Shown: piece after piece, positions 54,908 to 63,700 of the stretch
Numbering within the stretch: the first letter of the stretch is position 1
Layout: every line of letters begins with the position of its first letter
Origin: Paracoccaceae bacterium
GTDB lineage: Bacteria; Pseudomonadota; Alphaproteobacteria; Rhodobacterales; Rhodobacteraceae
DNA length: 64,000 nt
Reading direction: 5' to 3'
Assembly (NCBI GenBank): GCA_027489375.1
Contig: JAIXZW010000009.1
Coordinates: 8,461-72,460 of the forward strand
Translations under genes and position numbers: made by a program
The notes under the pieces: model-generated
What the model was told of the DNA's origin: nothing
What the model saw: only the letters and a program-made list of their open reading frames with translations
Databases searched by the model: none

Positions 54908-55225
54908 ATGCGTATCCTTTCCCTTGCAGCCTTGACGTTGGCCGCGATGTCTTTGCTGGCGGTGCCCGCGGTGGCGGGGCCGAAAGGCTGCCCCCCCGGA
55001 TTGGCGAAGAAAGCGGTTCCCTGCGTGCCTCCGGGACAGGCGAAGCGCTGGATCGTGGGCGAGCGCCTGCCGATCGACACGCCTTGGCACGAATTGCGCG
55101 AATGGAAGCAACTGGGCCTGCCCGATCCGCTGGACGGCAGCCGCTACATCCGCGTCGACAACGAGGTGCTTCGCGTCGCCATCGCGACGGGCATCGTTCT
55201 GGAAGCGATCGGGCTGCTCGATTGA
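54908..55225 (+). CDS. RcnB-like periplasmic protein
   Basis: Signal peptide MRILSLAALTLAAMSLLAVPAVAG. CPPGLAKKAVPCVPPGQAKRW...GERLP...YIRVDNEVLRVAIATGIVLEAI resembles the RcnB/YohN family. The AGGAG sits 7 nt before ATG 54908, so I preferred it over ATG 54902. Confidence 0.6.
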   Translation: MRILSLAALTLAAMSLLAVPAVAGPKGCPPGLAKKAVPCVPPGQAKRWIVGERLPIDTPWHELREWKQLGLPDPLDGSRYIRVDNEVLRVAIATGIVLEAIGLLD

Positions 55226-55283
55226 GGGTTGGCGGGCGGGTCGCACCGGCCTTTGGAGGATGACGGTGTGATCCGGCCCGCAA

Positions 55284-55874
55284 TCAAGGCATGGACAGGC
55301 CCGCGTCGTCCAGTTGCTCGGGGTCCGGCAGATCACGGAGGGACTGCATCCCGAAGGCGGCAAGGAAGGTTTCCGTCGTGACGAAAGTATAAGGTGCGCC
55401 ACGGCGGGGTTCGCGGGGACCCGTGCCGATGAGGTCACGCTCGGCCAGCCGACCGATGATGTCGCGGCTGATCTCTTTCCCGAAGATGTCCTTCAACCCG
55501 TCCCGACTGATCGGCTGGTGGAATGCGATCGCCGCCAGCACCGCCAGATCATGTTCCGAAAGGTTCAGCGCCCGGTCCGCCACATCGGCCGCCGCCCGGA
55601 TCGCAGGGGCAAAGGCCGCCCGCGTGCGCAGCATCCACCCCGCGCCCACCCGCGCCACCTCATAGGGGCGGCCCTCCAGATCCTCCGCCAGATCCCCGAT
55701 CAGAAGATCGACCGATGCCCCCTGCCCCACCACCCGCGCCAGATCGTCCCGCGCCACCGGAGTGCCACTGGCAAACAGCACCGCCTCGATACGGCGCAGC
55801 CATTCGCGCCAGCGCAGATCGGCCGGAAGATCGGCCAGCTCGCGGTCAAACCCTGCCTCCTCGCGTCGCCCCAT
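55284..55874 (-). CDS. ScpB-like (segregation and condensation protein B family) protein
   Basis: RRIEAVLFASGTPVARDDLARVV...LSEHDLAVLAAIAFHQPISRDGLKDIFGKEISRDIIGRLAERDLI...GAPYTFVTTETFLAAFGMQSLRDLP is the twin winged-helix ScpB pattern. Confidence 0.8.
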   Translation of the reverse strand: MGRREEAGFDRELADLPADLRWREWLRRIEAVLFASGTPVARDDLARVVGQGASVDLLIGDLAEDLEGRPYEVARVGAGWMLRTRAAFAPAIRAAADVADRALNLSEHDLAVLAAIAFHQPISRDGLKDIFGKEISRDIIGRLAERDLIGTGPREPRRGAPYTFVTTETFLAAFGMQSLRDLPDPEQLDDAGLSMP

Positions 55875-55876
55875 CC

Positions 55877-56764
55877 TTACAGCCCATAAAGCCGGAACGT
55901 GTCGCGTCCGGTCAATTCGCGCACCACGCCAAGCGAAACCAGCCGGTCGCACAACCGTCGCGCCGCACGGTCGGACATGAAGCCAAGGGCCGCAGGCGCC
56001 AGCGCATCGCGCGACAGGAACAGGTCGACCGCCCTGCCCGCCGCCTTGGCCCGCAGCTTCGGGGCCACCGCCTGCACACGGGCCGCCGCCCGTGCCAGTT
56101 CGCCCGCCAGAGGCAGCGCCTGCGCGACGGCAGCGACAATTGCCCGGTGACAGGCCAACCGCAGATCATCGCCCCGCAAGCGCAGGTCGCGGGAAGTCAC
56201 GCGCAGCGCCAGAAGGGGCAGGAGATGCGTTGCGCCCAATGCCTTCGCCAGCACCGCATCTGCCAAGATCAGGGCGGCGGTTTCGTCACGCGGGTTGTCG
56301 GTGAGCACCGCCTCGACGACCTGCGCCGCACGGTCAACCGGGGTCGGGCCTGCGGCATCAAGGCAAAGCGCGACCCGTTCGGGTCCGACCCCCTCGATCG
56401 CTCCGGCAAGATGCGCGACCGAAATCGGCCGCGCCGCCGCACGGGACCACTGCCGCAGCAGCCTTCCCGCCGGGCCGGGGTCGTCGCCTTGACCCGTCAG
56501 GTGCAGGGCATCGCGCAAGGCGGCCTGCCCTTCCCGCCGCCCCGCCAACGCGGCGCCCGTTTCGGCCGCCACCAAGGCCAGCCGGTCGCGCCACAGCGCC
56601 AGAGGCACATCCCCCGAAGCCGTTGCCTGACCCAGATGCGCCAGCGCCGCACCTGACCGGAAGGCCGCTGTCTCAAGCGTTTCTGCCGGAGCAGAGCCGA
56701 GCCAGCCCGGCAGCGGGGGCAGCATCGGCAGCGGATCGTCGGTCACGGCGCGCGGTTTTCCCAT
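55877..56764 (-). CDS. DUF1403 family protein
   Basis: LPGWLGSAPAETLETAAFRSGAALAHL...LALWRDRLAL... with the C-terminus AARRLCDRLVSLGVVRELTGRDTFRLYGL. The DUF1403 assignment is recalled rather than searched. Its stop lies 2 nt before the scpB-like start. Confidence 0.65.
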   Translation of the reverse strand: MGKPRAVTDDPLPMLPPLPGWLGSAPAETLETAAFRSGAALAHLGQATASGDVPLALWRDRLALVAAETGAALAGRREGQAALRDALHLTGQGDDPGPAGRLLRQWSRAAARPISVAHLAGAIEGVGPERVALCLDAAGPTPVDRAAQVVEAVLTDNPRDETAALILADAVLAKALGATHLLPLLALRVTSRDLRLRGDDLRLACHRAIVAAVAQALPLAGELARAAARVQAVAPKLRAKAAGRAVDLFLSRDALAPAALGFMSDRAARRLCDRLVSLGVVRELTGRDTFRLYGL

Positions 56765-56840
56765 GCCGCGAAGCCTAACCCGCCACGGCGCTTTGTGCCA
56801 TAATTCTTTAACCATACCGCCGCACCCCGCGCGATGTTTT

Positions 56841-56871
56841 CATGTCCAATAATGTTGCATTATCGGACATG
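56841..56871. promoter_or_regulatory. AT-rich imperfect inverted repeat resembling a tyrosine-recombinase core site (12-7-12)
   Basis: CATGTCCAATAA-TGTTGCA-TTATCGGACATG, with one mismatch between the arms. It lies 20 nt upstream of the recombinase ATG. Confidence 0.45.
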
Positions 56872-56891
56872 AAGGGGATAGGCTCGGGGGC

Positions 56892-57989
56892 ATGGCCGAA
56901 ACGCACGGAAAACCGCATTCACAACCGCCGGAGCGCCCAGATCCTTGCGAGGAGGGCGGGGGTGTCGACTTGGCGGGCAGCGCCTATGCCCTGCCCTCGC
57001 ACGTTGCCGGCTCCGGCACCCTTGACCGGCTGGTGGAAACCGCGCGGGACTATGCGAGGGCTGCGGCGTCGGAGAACACGCGTCTCGCCTATGCCAAGGA
57101 CTGGGCCCACTTCGCCCGCTGGTGCCGGATGCGGGGGGCCGACCCCCTGCCCCCGTCGCCAGAGCTTGTCGGCCTCTACATCGCCGATCTGGCCGCGCCG
57201 CACGGAACCCCCCCTGCCCTCTCCGTTTCGTCGATCGAGCGGCGGCTGTCCGGCCTAGGGTGGGCCTTTGCGCAACGTGGGGAGCGGCTTGACCGCAAGG
57301 ACCGCCACATCGCCAGCGTCCTGGCCGGCATCCGCCGCAAGCATGCCCGTCCGCCCGCGCAGAAGGAAGCGATCCTGCCCGAGGATCTGCGCGACATGCT
57401 GGCCACCCTGCCCCACGACCTGCGCGGCCTGCGCGACCGGGCGATCCTGCTGGTCGGTTTTGCCGGTGGCCTGCGCCGGTCCGAAATCGTCAGCCTCGAC
57501 CACGGCAGGGACGACACGCCGGACGGCGGCGGCTGGGTCGATGTGCTGGAGGGCGGCGCGCTCATCACCTTGCGCGGCAAAACCGGCTGGCGCGAAGTGG
57601 AAGTCGCACGCGGCTCGTCCGATCAGACCTGTCCGGTCAATGCCCTGTCGCAGTGGCTGCACCATGCGCGCATTGATTTCGGGCCGATTTTCGTGGCCGT
57701 CTCGCGCAACGGAGGGAAAGCCACCTCTGAGCGCCTGTCCGACAAGCATGTCGCGCGCCTCGTAAAGTCCTGCGTGCGCGACGCCGGTCTGCGCCCCGAA
57801 CTGCCCGAGAAGGAGCGTCTCGCCCTCTTTTCAGGCCACTCCCTGCGCGCGGGACTCGCCAGCAGCGCAGAGGTCGACGAACGCTATGTCCAGAAGCAGC
57901 TTGGCCATGCCTCGGCCGAGATGACCCGCCGCTACCAGCGCCGCCGCGACAGGTTCCGCGTGAACCTTACCAAAGCCGCCGGCCTGTAA
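56892..57989 (+). CDS. tyrosine-type site-specific recombinase/integrase
   Basis: SAM-like N-domain (NTRLAYAKDWAHFARWC). The catalytic C-domain has RDRAILLVGFAGGLRRSE, HSLRAGLAS and LGHASAEMTRRY. Confidence 0.85.
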   Translation: MAETHGKPHSQPPERPDPCEEGGGVDLAGSAYALPSHVAGSGTLDRLVETARDYARAAASENTRLAYAKDWAHFARWCRMRGADPLPPSPELVGLYIADLAAPHGTPPALSVSSIERRLSGLGWAFAQRGERLDRKDRHIASVLAGIRRKHARPPAQKEAILPEDLRDMLATLPHDLRGLRDRAILLVGFAGGLRRSEIVSLDHGRDDTPDGGGWVDVLEGGALITLRGKTGWREVEVARGSSDQTCPVNALSQWLHHARIDFGPIFVAVSRNGGKATSERLSDKHVARLVKSCVRDAGLRPELPEKERLALFSGHSLRAGLASSAEVDERYVQKQLGHASAEMTRRYQRRRDRFRVNLTKAAGL

Positions 57990-58145
57990 GCCCCCTGCCC
58001 TTTTGACGGGCCGTTGCGGAAATGCCGGGCCTTAACCTTGGCGTTCGGATTTCGACCAACCGCTTCGATAGGAATCGGGGCCAAAGGCGGAAGCGGTCGG
58101 CAGCGCAGGCGCTGAGGGGTGGGCGATTGTCCGCACACCCCCCGC

Positions 58146-58163
58146 ATTTCCCCGCGGGGAAAT
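58146..58163. promoter_or_regulatory. 18-bp perfect palindrome ATTTCCCCGCGGGGAAAT, candidate parS
   Basis: Lies immediately downstream of the parB stop. It shares a 14-bp core with the sites at 59552 and 60636. Confidence 0.55.
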
Positions 58164-59245
58164 CACTTCAGCGCGGCGAAGAACGCTTCGACCGCCGCTT
58201 CCAGACGGTCACGTTCGACAGCCGAGAAGTCGAGATCGGACCGCAGTTCCACCTTGCCGGGCGCTGCCGTGCATTTCACCTCGCCGCCCGCGAGGGGAAG
58301 GCGCAGCGTGGTCTTGCCGCGTTTGGCGGGCCGCCCTGCCCCGCCCGTGCGCGGCACTGCGGGCGCATCGCCGGCATCGGCGAAGCTGCGCAGGATGGCG
58401 AGTTCCTGCTCCATGCTCCGCCCCGGCACCGCAGCGAGGGATCGCGCCAGGACAGTCGCAGCGCCCGCTTCGTTTTCGATCCGGTTCGCCACGGCCAGGC
58501 CCAAGGCACGCGGGATTGCGGTGGCGTGGTCGAGCGCGCTTTCCATCGCGCGCATCAGAAAGGCGAAGCGGCGGACGTAGCTGCGCTTTTGCGGATTGGC
58601 CGTGGCGAAGAGCACGTTTACCGCCTGATCCAGATCGCGGCAGCCTGTCGCCTCGTCCTCGGCATAGGCGCGGGCGAGGTTTGCCATCTCGGCCCATGAG
58701 ATGTCCTTGCGGACCATGTTCTCGTCGACCATCCGGCGATAGAGCCCTTCGAGCGTTTCGCCCTTGGCCATAAGACCCGCCGGAATGCGGGCGTAAAAGT
58801 CGTCGCCGGTTTCTTCGTAAAGCGCACGGTAGGCCGCAAGCCGGCGCCAGCCCTGCACGAGTTCATAGCGCCCCTCGCCCGTCTGTTCGACGCGGATCGG
58901 GTTCGACAGGCCAAGCGCCTTGATCGAGGTCTTGAGGTCGTCAAGCTCTGCATCGCCGCGCGAGGAGCGGTCGCGGATCAGTTTCGTGGTGTGGACGGCA
59001 TCGACAGGGATCATGTCCACCACCAGCCCCAGTTTCTTCAGCCGGACGAATTCGTGGGCGAGGCTGTCATTCTCGGCCCTGATCGCGGCTTCGGTCTGTT
59101 CGCGCTGGCGCAGGGATTCGGCGTTCTCGCCGATGGCGGTGGCCATCGGGCCGCGCCGCAACCCGCTGGGTGCGGAAGCTGTCGCGGGGGCGGGGGCGTC
59201 CTCTTCGGGCAGGTCGATGTCGAAGATCCGGCGCTTCTTGGTCAT
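58163..59245 (-). CDS. parB: ParB/RepB-type plasmid partition protein
   Basis: ParB N-domain: IDMIPVDAVHTTKLIRDRS...LKTSIKALGLSNPIRVEQTGEGRYELVQGWRRLAAY. ATGA coupling to parA. Confidence 0.85.
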   Translation of the reverse strand: MTKKRRIFDIDLPEEDAPAPATASAPSGLRRGPMATAIGENAESLRQREQTEAAIRAENDSLAHEFVRLKKLGLVVDMIPVDAVHTTKLIRDRSSRGDAELDDLKTSIKALGLSNPIRVEQTGEGRYELVQGWRRLAAYRALYEETGDDFYARIPAGLMAKGETLEGLYRRMVDENMVRKDISWAEMANLARAYAEDEATGCRDLDQAVNVLFATANPQKRSYVRRFAFLMRAMESALDHATAIPRALGLAVANRIENEAGAATVLARSLAAVPGRSMEQELAILRSFADAGDAPAVPRTGGAGRPAKRGKTTLRLPLAGGEVKCTAAPGKVELRSDLDFSAVERDRLEAAVEAFFAALK

Positions 59246-60549
59246 GCCCTATCCTCCAGCTTGTCCCAGGCGTCGCAGATGTTGGTGCGGAATTCCTCGT
59301 AGGCTTTGTCAAAGGTCGCCCGTGCCCGCCGCCACGTTTCCCGCGTCATGTCACGGTAGTCGATTTCGTAGATCGAGGACAGGAAGCGGTTCGACTGTTC
59401 CACCGCCCGCGTATGTTCGATCGGGTGTTCGGTCACGCGGTCCCCGAAGACCTTGCGGAAGGCGTCGAACATCGCGCGGTGGAGATCGTTTCCCGGTTCG
59501 AACCGTGTGAGCAGGAAACGGATGTCGAGGAAGGCTTTCGGCAGCGGCACTTTCCCCGCGGGGAATTGTCCTTCGAACCCCGCCGAGAGATCGCCCAATG
59601 CTTCCGACAATTGGCCGATGAAAGAGGTGGTGGAGTCGTATTCCCAATAGCCGGGACCGGACGGGATATAGAGGACATCCGCCGCGAAGACCGCGTTCAT
59701 CGACTGGTAGCCGATGGCGGGAGGGCAGTCGAACAGGATGATGTCATAGGCGTCGTCGGGCAACTGGTCGAGCCAGCGCGACACCGCGGCGAAGAAGCTC
59801 CAGTCGGGGTTCATGTGGCGGTATTGGGCCGAGGCGAATTCGACGAAGGCGGCGTTGGCGCAGGACGGAACGATGTCGATCGTGCTCCAGCAGGTCGGCT
59901 TGATGAAGTCGGGTGCGCGCAGGTCGCCGAGACCCATTTCGGTGATGCTGGCGGGGAGCTTGCGGCGGGGCAGGGCTGCGCCGCTTTCGGCCCCCTGCGC
60001 CGCGCGGTTCATGCGGTCGGTTTCGTGCACGAGATCGCGGGCCATGATGCCCCAGACCGTATGCTCTTCGTTCACGTCCGACAGGCCCATCGAATGGGAC
60101 AGCGTGGCCTGCGGATCGAAGTCCACGCAGAGCACGCGGTAGCCATCGAGTGCGGCGGCATGGGCGAAGTGCAGCGCCACGGTCGATTTGCCCGCACCGC
60201 CCTTGAAGTTCGCCACGGCGACGCGGATCGCCCGCTTGCCCTGCGGCCGGTGCGGCAACAGGCTCTTGCGGTTCACCTTCATCTTGCGGCGCATCTCGTT
60301 GATCTCGTCGAGCGAGAACCAGCGCTGGCGGCCGTCTTCCTCGACCTCGCCATCGGGAAGGGCGGGGTCCATCGCAAGGCGCCCGCGGAAGGTGGACTGG
60401 TTCACCTTGAACACCAGTTCGGACACCTCCCACGAGGAAAAGCGCCGCAGCGTCTTTTCCATCTGGGGCGAGAAGGTCTGCTTCCTGATCCAGCCCTGCA
60501 TCTTGAGGGAGGTGTCGCGCAGCTCTTGCAGGTCACGATGGGTAAACAT
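59242..60549 (-). CDS. parA: ParA/RepA-type plasmid partition ATPase
   Basis: Deviant Walker A: VAVANFKGGAGKSTVALHFA. The N-terminal HTH-like extension is typical of plasmid RepA/ParA proteins. Confidence 0.9.
   Translation of the reverse strand: MFTHRDLQELRDTSLKMQGWIRKQTFSPQMEKTLRRFSSWEVSELVFKVNQSTFRGRLAMDPALPDGEVEEDGRQRWFSLDEINEMRRKMKVNRKSLLPHRPQGKRAIRVAVANFKGGAGKSTVALHFAHAAALDGYRVLCVDFDPQATLSHSMGLSDVNEEHTVWGIMARDLVHETDRMNRAAQGAESGAALPRRKLPASITEMGLGDLRAPDFIKPTCWSTIDIVPSCANAAFVEFASAQYRHMNPDWSFFAAVSRWLDQLPDDAYDIILFDCPPAIGYQSMNAVFAADVLYIPSGPGYWEYDSTTSFIGQLSEALGDLSAGFEGQFPAGKVPLPKAFLDIRFLLTRFEPGNDLHRAMFDAFRKVFGDRVTEHPIEHTRAVEQSNRFLSSIYEIDYRDMTRETWRRARATFDKAYEEFRTNICDAWDKLEDRA
59552..59565. promoter_or_regulatory. 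14-bp palindrome TTCCCCGCGGGGAA inside parA coding sequence, candidate parS copy
   Basis: Same core as the two extragenic palindromes. It encodes FPAGK in ParA. Confidence 0.4.
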
Positions 60550-61053
60550 TCAAACTGCCTCATTGTTAATTCGTGTTGTTTTGGAAATTACGTTGAATTT
60601 GCATTTCGTTCAAACCCAAATATGCTGGCGGGGCATTTCCCCGCGGGGAAAGAAGGCCTGCGGGGAAACAGGGGGAAAAGGGGGAAGCGTGCGGTCTGCG
60701 GCGATTCGGGGCGATTCGCCGCCGTGGGCTGCAAAGCATGGGGCAACCGCAGGATATTGGGGTGACGCGACTCTGCCCACGCTTGGAATTGGGGGGACAT
60801 CCTTGACAGATGGGGTGACAGACTGGATGGCCCCCAATACCATTGAACCAGAAAATTCCTGTCGGTTTTTGGCGGTCATCTGCTGCCGCTTGGCTTCGTT
60901 CCAAGCTTTCCCTTGACAGAATCGACGTTCAGGACGCAAATCACCCCAAGGTCGGAAAGAACGCTGAAAAGGCGTGGAACCTTCGGCAAGATCGGGCATT
61001 GAAAGCCCGACACAGGGGCAAGGCGCGGTTCGCCGCATGACAGGAGCAAGGGG
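60550..61053. other. parA / initiator intergenic region, candidate oriV and promoter region
   Basis: An AT-rich stretch at 60550-60630 holds three spaced (A/T)TTNCGT motifs. A purine tract reads GGGGAAACAGGGGGAAAAGGGGGAAG. There is a direct repeat GCGATTCG x2. CCTTGACAGA occurs twice, plus one more TGACAGA. Confidence 0.4.
60636..60651. promoter_or_regulatory. 16-bp perfect palindrome TTTCCCCGCGGGGAAA upstream of parA, candidate parS/operator
   Basis: Lies about 90 nt upstream of the parA start, in the divergent parA / initiator intergenic region. Confidence 0.55.
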
Positions 61054-61740
61054 ATGCAGATCGTCCGGCCCGTTGGGCGGCAGGCGGCTTCGCGCAAATA
61101 TGACCTGCTCACCGCGCTTGGCGTGCATGCCTGCCGCGGGGACAAGCATTTCCAGCGGCTGGTGTTGCGCTTCATCACGCTGATCGTCGCACGCTACAAC
61201 TGGCAGACGGACGAGTTGACGGTGGGCCAACGCGAGATCGGTGCGATGTGGTCGGTCGACGAGCGAACCGTAAAGCGCGAGCTTGCCAAGCTTCGCGCCC
61301 TTGGCTGGCTTGTGCAGAAACGCGCCGCGGTGCGGGGCAGGGTGGCGGTGCACGGGTTGGACCTGCCCGCGATCCTGTCGGCCACCGCATCGGCGTGGGA
61401 GGCGGTCGGCCCTGATTTCGTGGAACGGATGCGCGGGCCGGAAGCGACCGCGCCGCAACCGACGAATGTGGTCAGCTTTCCGCAAGCCGCCGTGCCGCCG
61501 CCCGATGACGGGACGCTCTGGTCGCGGGCGCAGGCCCGTCTCATGGCGGAGGACCCTGCGCTTTATGCCGCATGGTTCCGGCAGCTTGGACAGGTCGGGA
61601 CGGAGGGCGGGGTGCTGGACCTTGCGGCACCTACCCGCTTTCATGCCACCTTTGTTTCCACCCACCACCTGCCGCGCCTGCTTGCCGCGCTGAAGCGCGA
61701 GGATGGCACGGTCCGCGCCGTTACGGTCAGTGCGGATTAG
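61054..61740 (+). CDS. putative DnaA-like plasmid replication initiator
   Basis: 228 aa, divergent from parAB. It has a winged-helix-like N-part (MWSVDERTVKRELAKLRALGWLV) and a C-part resembling a DnaA N-terminal domain (LWSRAQARLMAEDPALYAAWFRQLGQV...LDLAAPTRFHATFVSTHHLPRLLAAL). An RBS (CAGGAG) is present. The assignment rests on recall of Rhodobacterales DnaA-like replicons. Confidence 0.55.
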   Translation: MQIVRPVGRQAASRKYDLLTALGVHACRGDKHFQRLVLRFITLIVARYNWQTDELTVGQREIGAMWSVDERTVKRELAKLRALGWLVQKRAAVRGRVAVHGLDLPAILSATASAWEAVGPDFVERMRGPEATAPQPTNVVSFPQAAVPPPDDGTLWSRAQARLMAEDPALYAAWFRQLGQVGTEGGVLDLAAPTRFHATFVSTHHLPRLLAALKREDGTVRAVTVSAD

Positions 61741-62596
61741 TCTCTAGATGCGCCCAAAGTGCCGCGGCAACCGGCCCTGCCGCGCCATGCAGCCGGACGG
61801 CGGTGATTTCCAGAGCGACCTCGGGCAGACGGCCGGACAGATCGGTCAACCGCCCTTCGGCGATCCGGGAGGCGGCGAGGGAGGCGGGAACCCATGCCAC
61901 GCCGACGCCCTCTTCGGCGAATTCCAGCGCGGCGAGGGTCAGGGCGGTTTCCACCTTGGGCACAGCAAGTTCGGACAGGCGCGGAAGGATCAGCGTTTCC
62001 ATCACGCCGCCCAGAAACACCTCGCGCGGGTAGGCGACATAGGCCAGGGCTTCGCCCTGTGCATCGGGGGCGCGGACGGGGATCAGGCGGTCTTCGCCCA
62101 GAACGAGCGTTTCCACATAGCCCGCCGCGACGGGATGGGCCGTGCCGGGAACGCGGTAGACGATGCCCACATCCGCCTGACGCGAAAGCAGCAGGCCGAA
62201 ACATTCGTCGAGGTTCGCCGAGCGCAGCCGAACGAAGGCCGCCGCGTTCCGCGCCTGAAAGCTTTTCACAAGCGCGGGCGTCGGCTCTGCCGTCAGCGCG
62301 TGCTGGCAGGCGATCACGATGCGGTTGCCGCTCTGCCGCTCGCCCCGCCGCAGGTCGGACACCAATTGCCGCAAGCCCTGCGCCAGACGGCCGATCTCTT
62401 CGCGCTGCGCTTCGGTCGTGGGGCGGAGTTGCACGGGCTTGCGGCCACGGTCGAACAATTCCACCCCTGCATAATCCTCGATATGGCGGATGCGCCGCGA
62501 AAAGGCGGACTGGGTGAGGTGCCGCCGTTCTGCCGCTTCGGAAAAGGAGCCGGTTTCGGCGACCGCGAGAATATCCTCAAGCCATTCCAAGCGCAT
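61727..62596 (-). CDS. LysR family transcriptional regulator
   Basis: [50 protein letters not shown]. The start was set at ATG 62596. There is a 14-bp convergent overlap with the initiator gene. Confidence 0.85.
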   Translation of the reverse strand: MRLEWLEDILAVAETGSFSEAAERRHLTQSAFSRRIRHIEDYAGVELFDRGRKPVQLRPTTEAQREEIGRLAQGLRQLVSDLRRGERQSGNRIVIACQHALTAEPTPALVKSFQARNAAAFVRLRSANLDECFGLLLSRQADVGIVYRVPGTAHPVAAGYVETLVLGEDRLIPVRAPDAQGEALAYVAYPREVFLGGVMETLILPRLSELAVPKVETALTLAALEFAEEGVGVAWVPASLAASRIAEGRLTDLSGRLPEVALEITAVRLHGAAGPVAAALWAHLETNPH

Positions 62597-62703
62597 CGAA
62601 GCCCACCCAACTTGCGTTTTATGCATCTTAACGCGCTTTTTTCGCATTTGCTTCGGGAAAAACCCTCTGTAACCATGCGCGGCACGCAATCAAAGGCCTG
62701 GCC

Positions 62704-63700
62704 CATGCATCTTGCCCGCTTCCCCCGCCGCTTCGTCGCCCATCTTCCCACCCCGCTGGAACGGATGGACCGGCTGTCCGAGGTGCTTGGCGGTCCCGAA
62801 ATCTGGATCAAGCGCGACGATTGCACGGGCCTTTCGACCGGCGGCAACAAGACACGCAAGCTCGAATTCCTCATGGCCGAGGCGCTGGAACAGGGTGCCG
62901 ACATGGTCATCACCCAAGGGGCGACCCAGTCGAACCACGCCCGCCAGACCGCCGCCTTCGCCGCGCGGCTTGGCCTTGGCTGCCATCTGCTGCTCGAGGA
63001 CCGGACCGGATCGAACGACCCGAATTACAACGGCAACGGCAACGTGCTGCTGGATTACCTTCACGGGGCGACCACGGAAAAGCATCCGGGCGGCACGGAT
63101 ATGGCCGCCGAGATGGAGGCGGTCGCCGAGACTTTGCGCGCCAAGGGACGCAAGGTCTATGTCATTCCCGGTGGCGGTTCGAACCCCGTGGGCGCGCTTG
63201 GTTATGTCAACTGCGCTTACGAGTTGTTGGGCCAATGCAACGACCGCGGGCTGCGGATCGACCATATCGTCACCGCCACGGGCAGCGCGGGCACGCAGGC
63301 GGGGCTGATCACGGGGCTGAAGGCGATCAACGCGGGCATTCCGCTTCTGGGATTCGGCGTGCGCGCCCCGAAAGAGAAGCAGGAGGAGAACGTCTTTGCC
63401 CTTGCCGCACGCACGGCCGATCTTTTGGGCTGTTCCGGCGTGGTGGGCCGTGCCGATGTGGTGGCCGACAGCTCCTATGTCGGTGCGGGCTATGGCATTC
63501 CGCGGGAAGACACACTCGAAGCGGTGCGGATGTTCGCGCAGCTCGAAGGCATCCTGCTCGATCCCGTCTATTCCGGAAAAGCCGCCGCTGGCCTGATCGA
63601 CTGGTGCCGCAAGGGCCGCTTCAAGAAAGGGCAGCGCATCGTCTTTATTCACACTGGCGGTTCGGCGGCGCTGTTCGGCTACGACGGCATCCTGAGATGA
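62704..63700 (+). CDS. PLP-dependent D-cysteine desulfhydrase / ACC deaminase family enzyme
   Basis: [69 protein letters not shown] (the PLP lysine lies in GGNKTRKLE). Confidence 0.85.
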
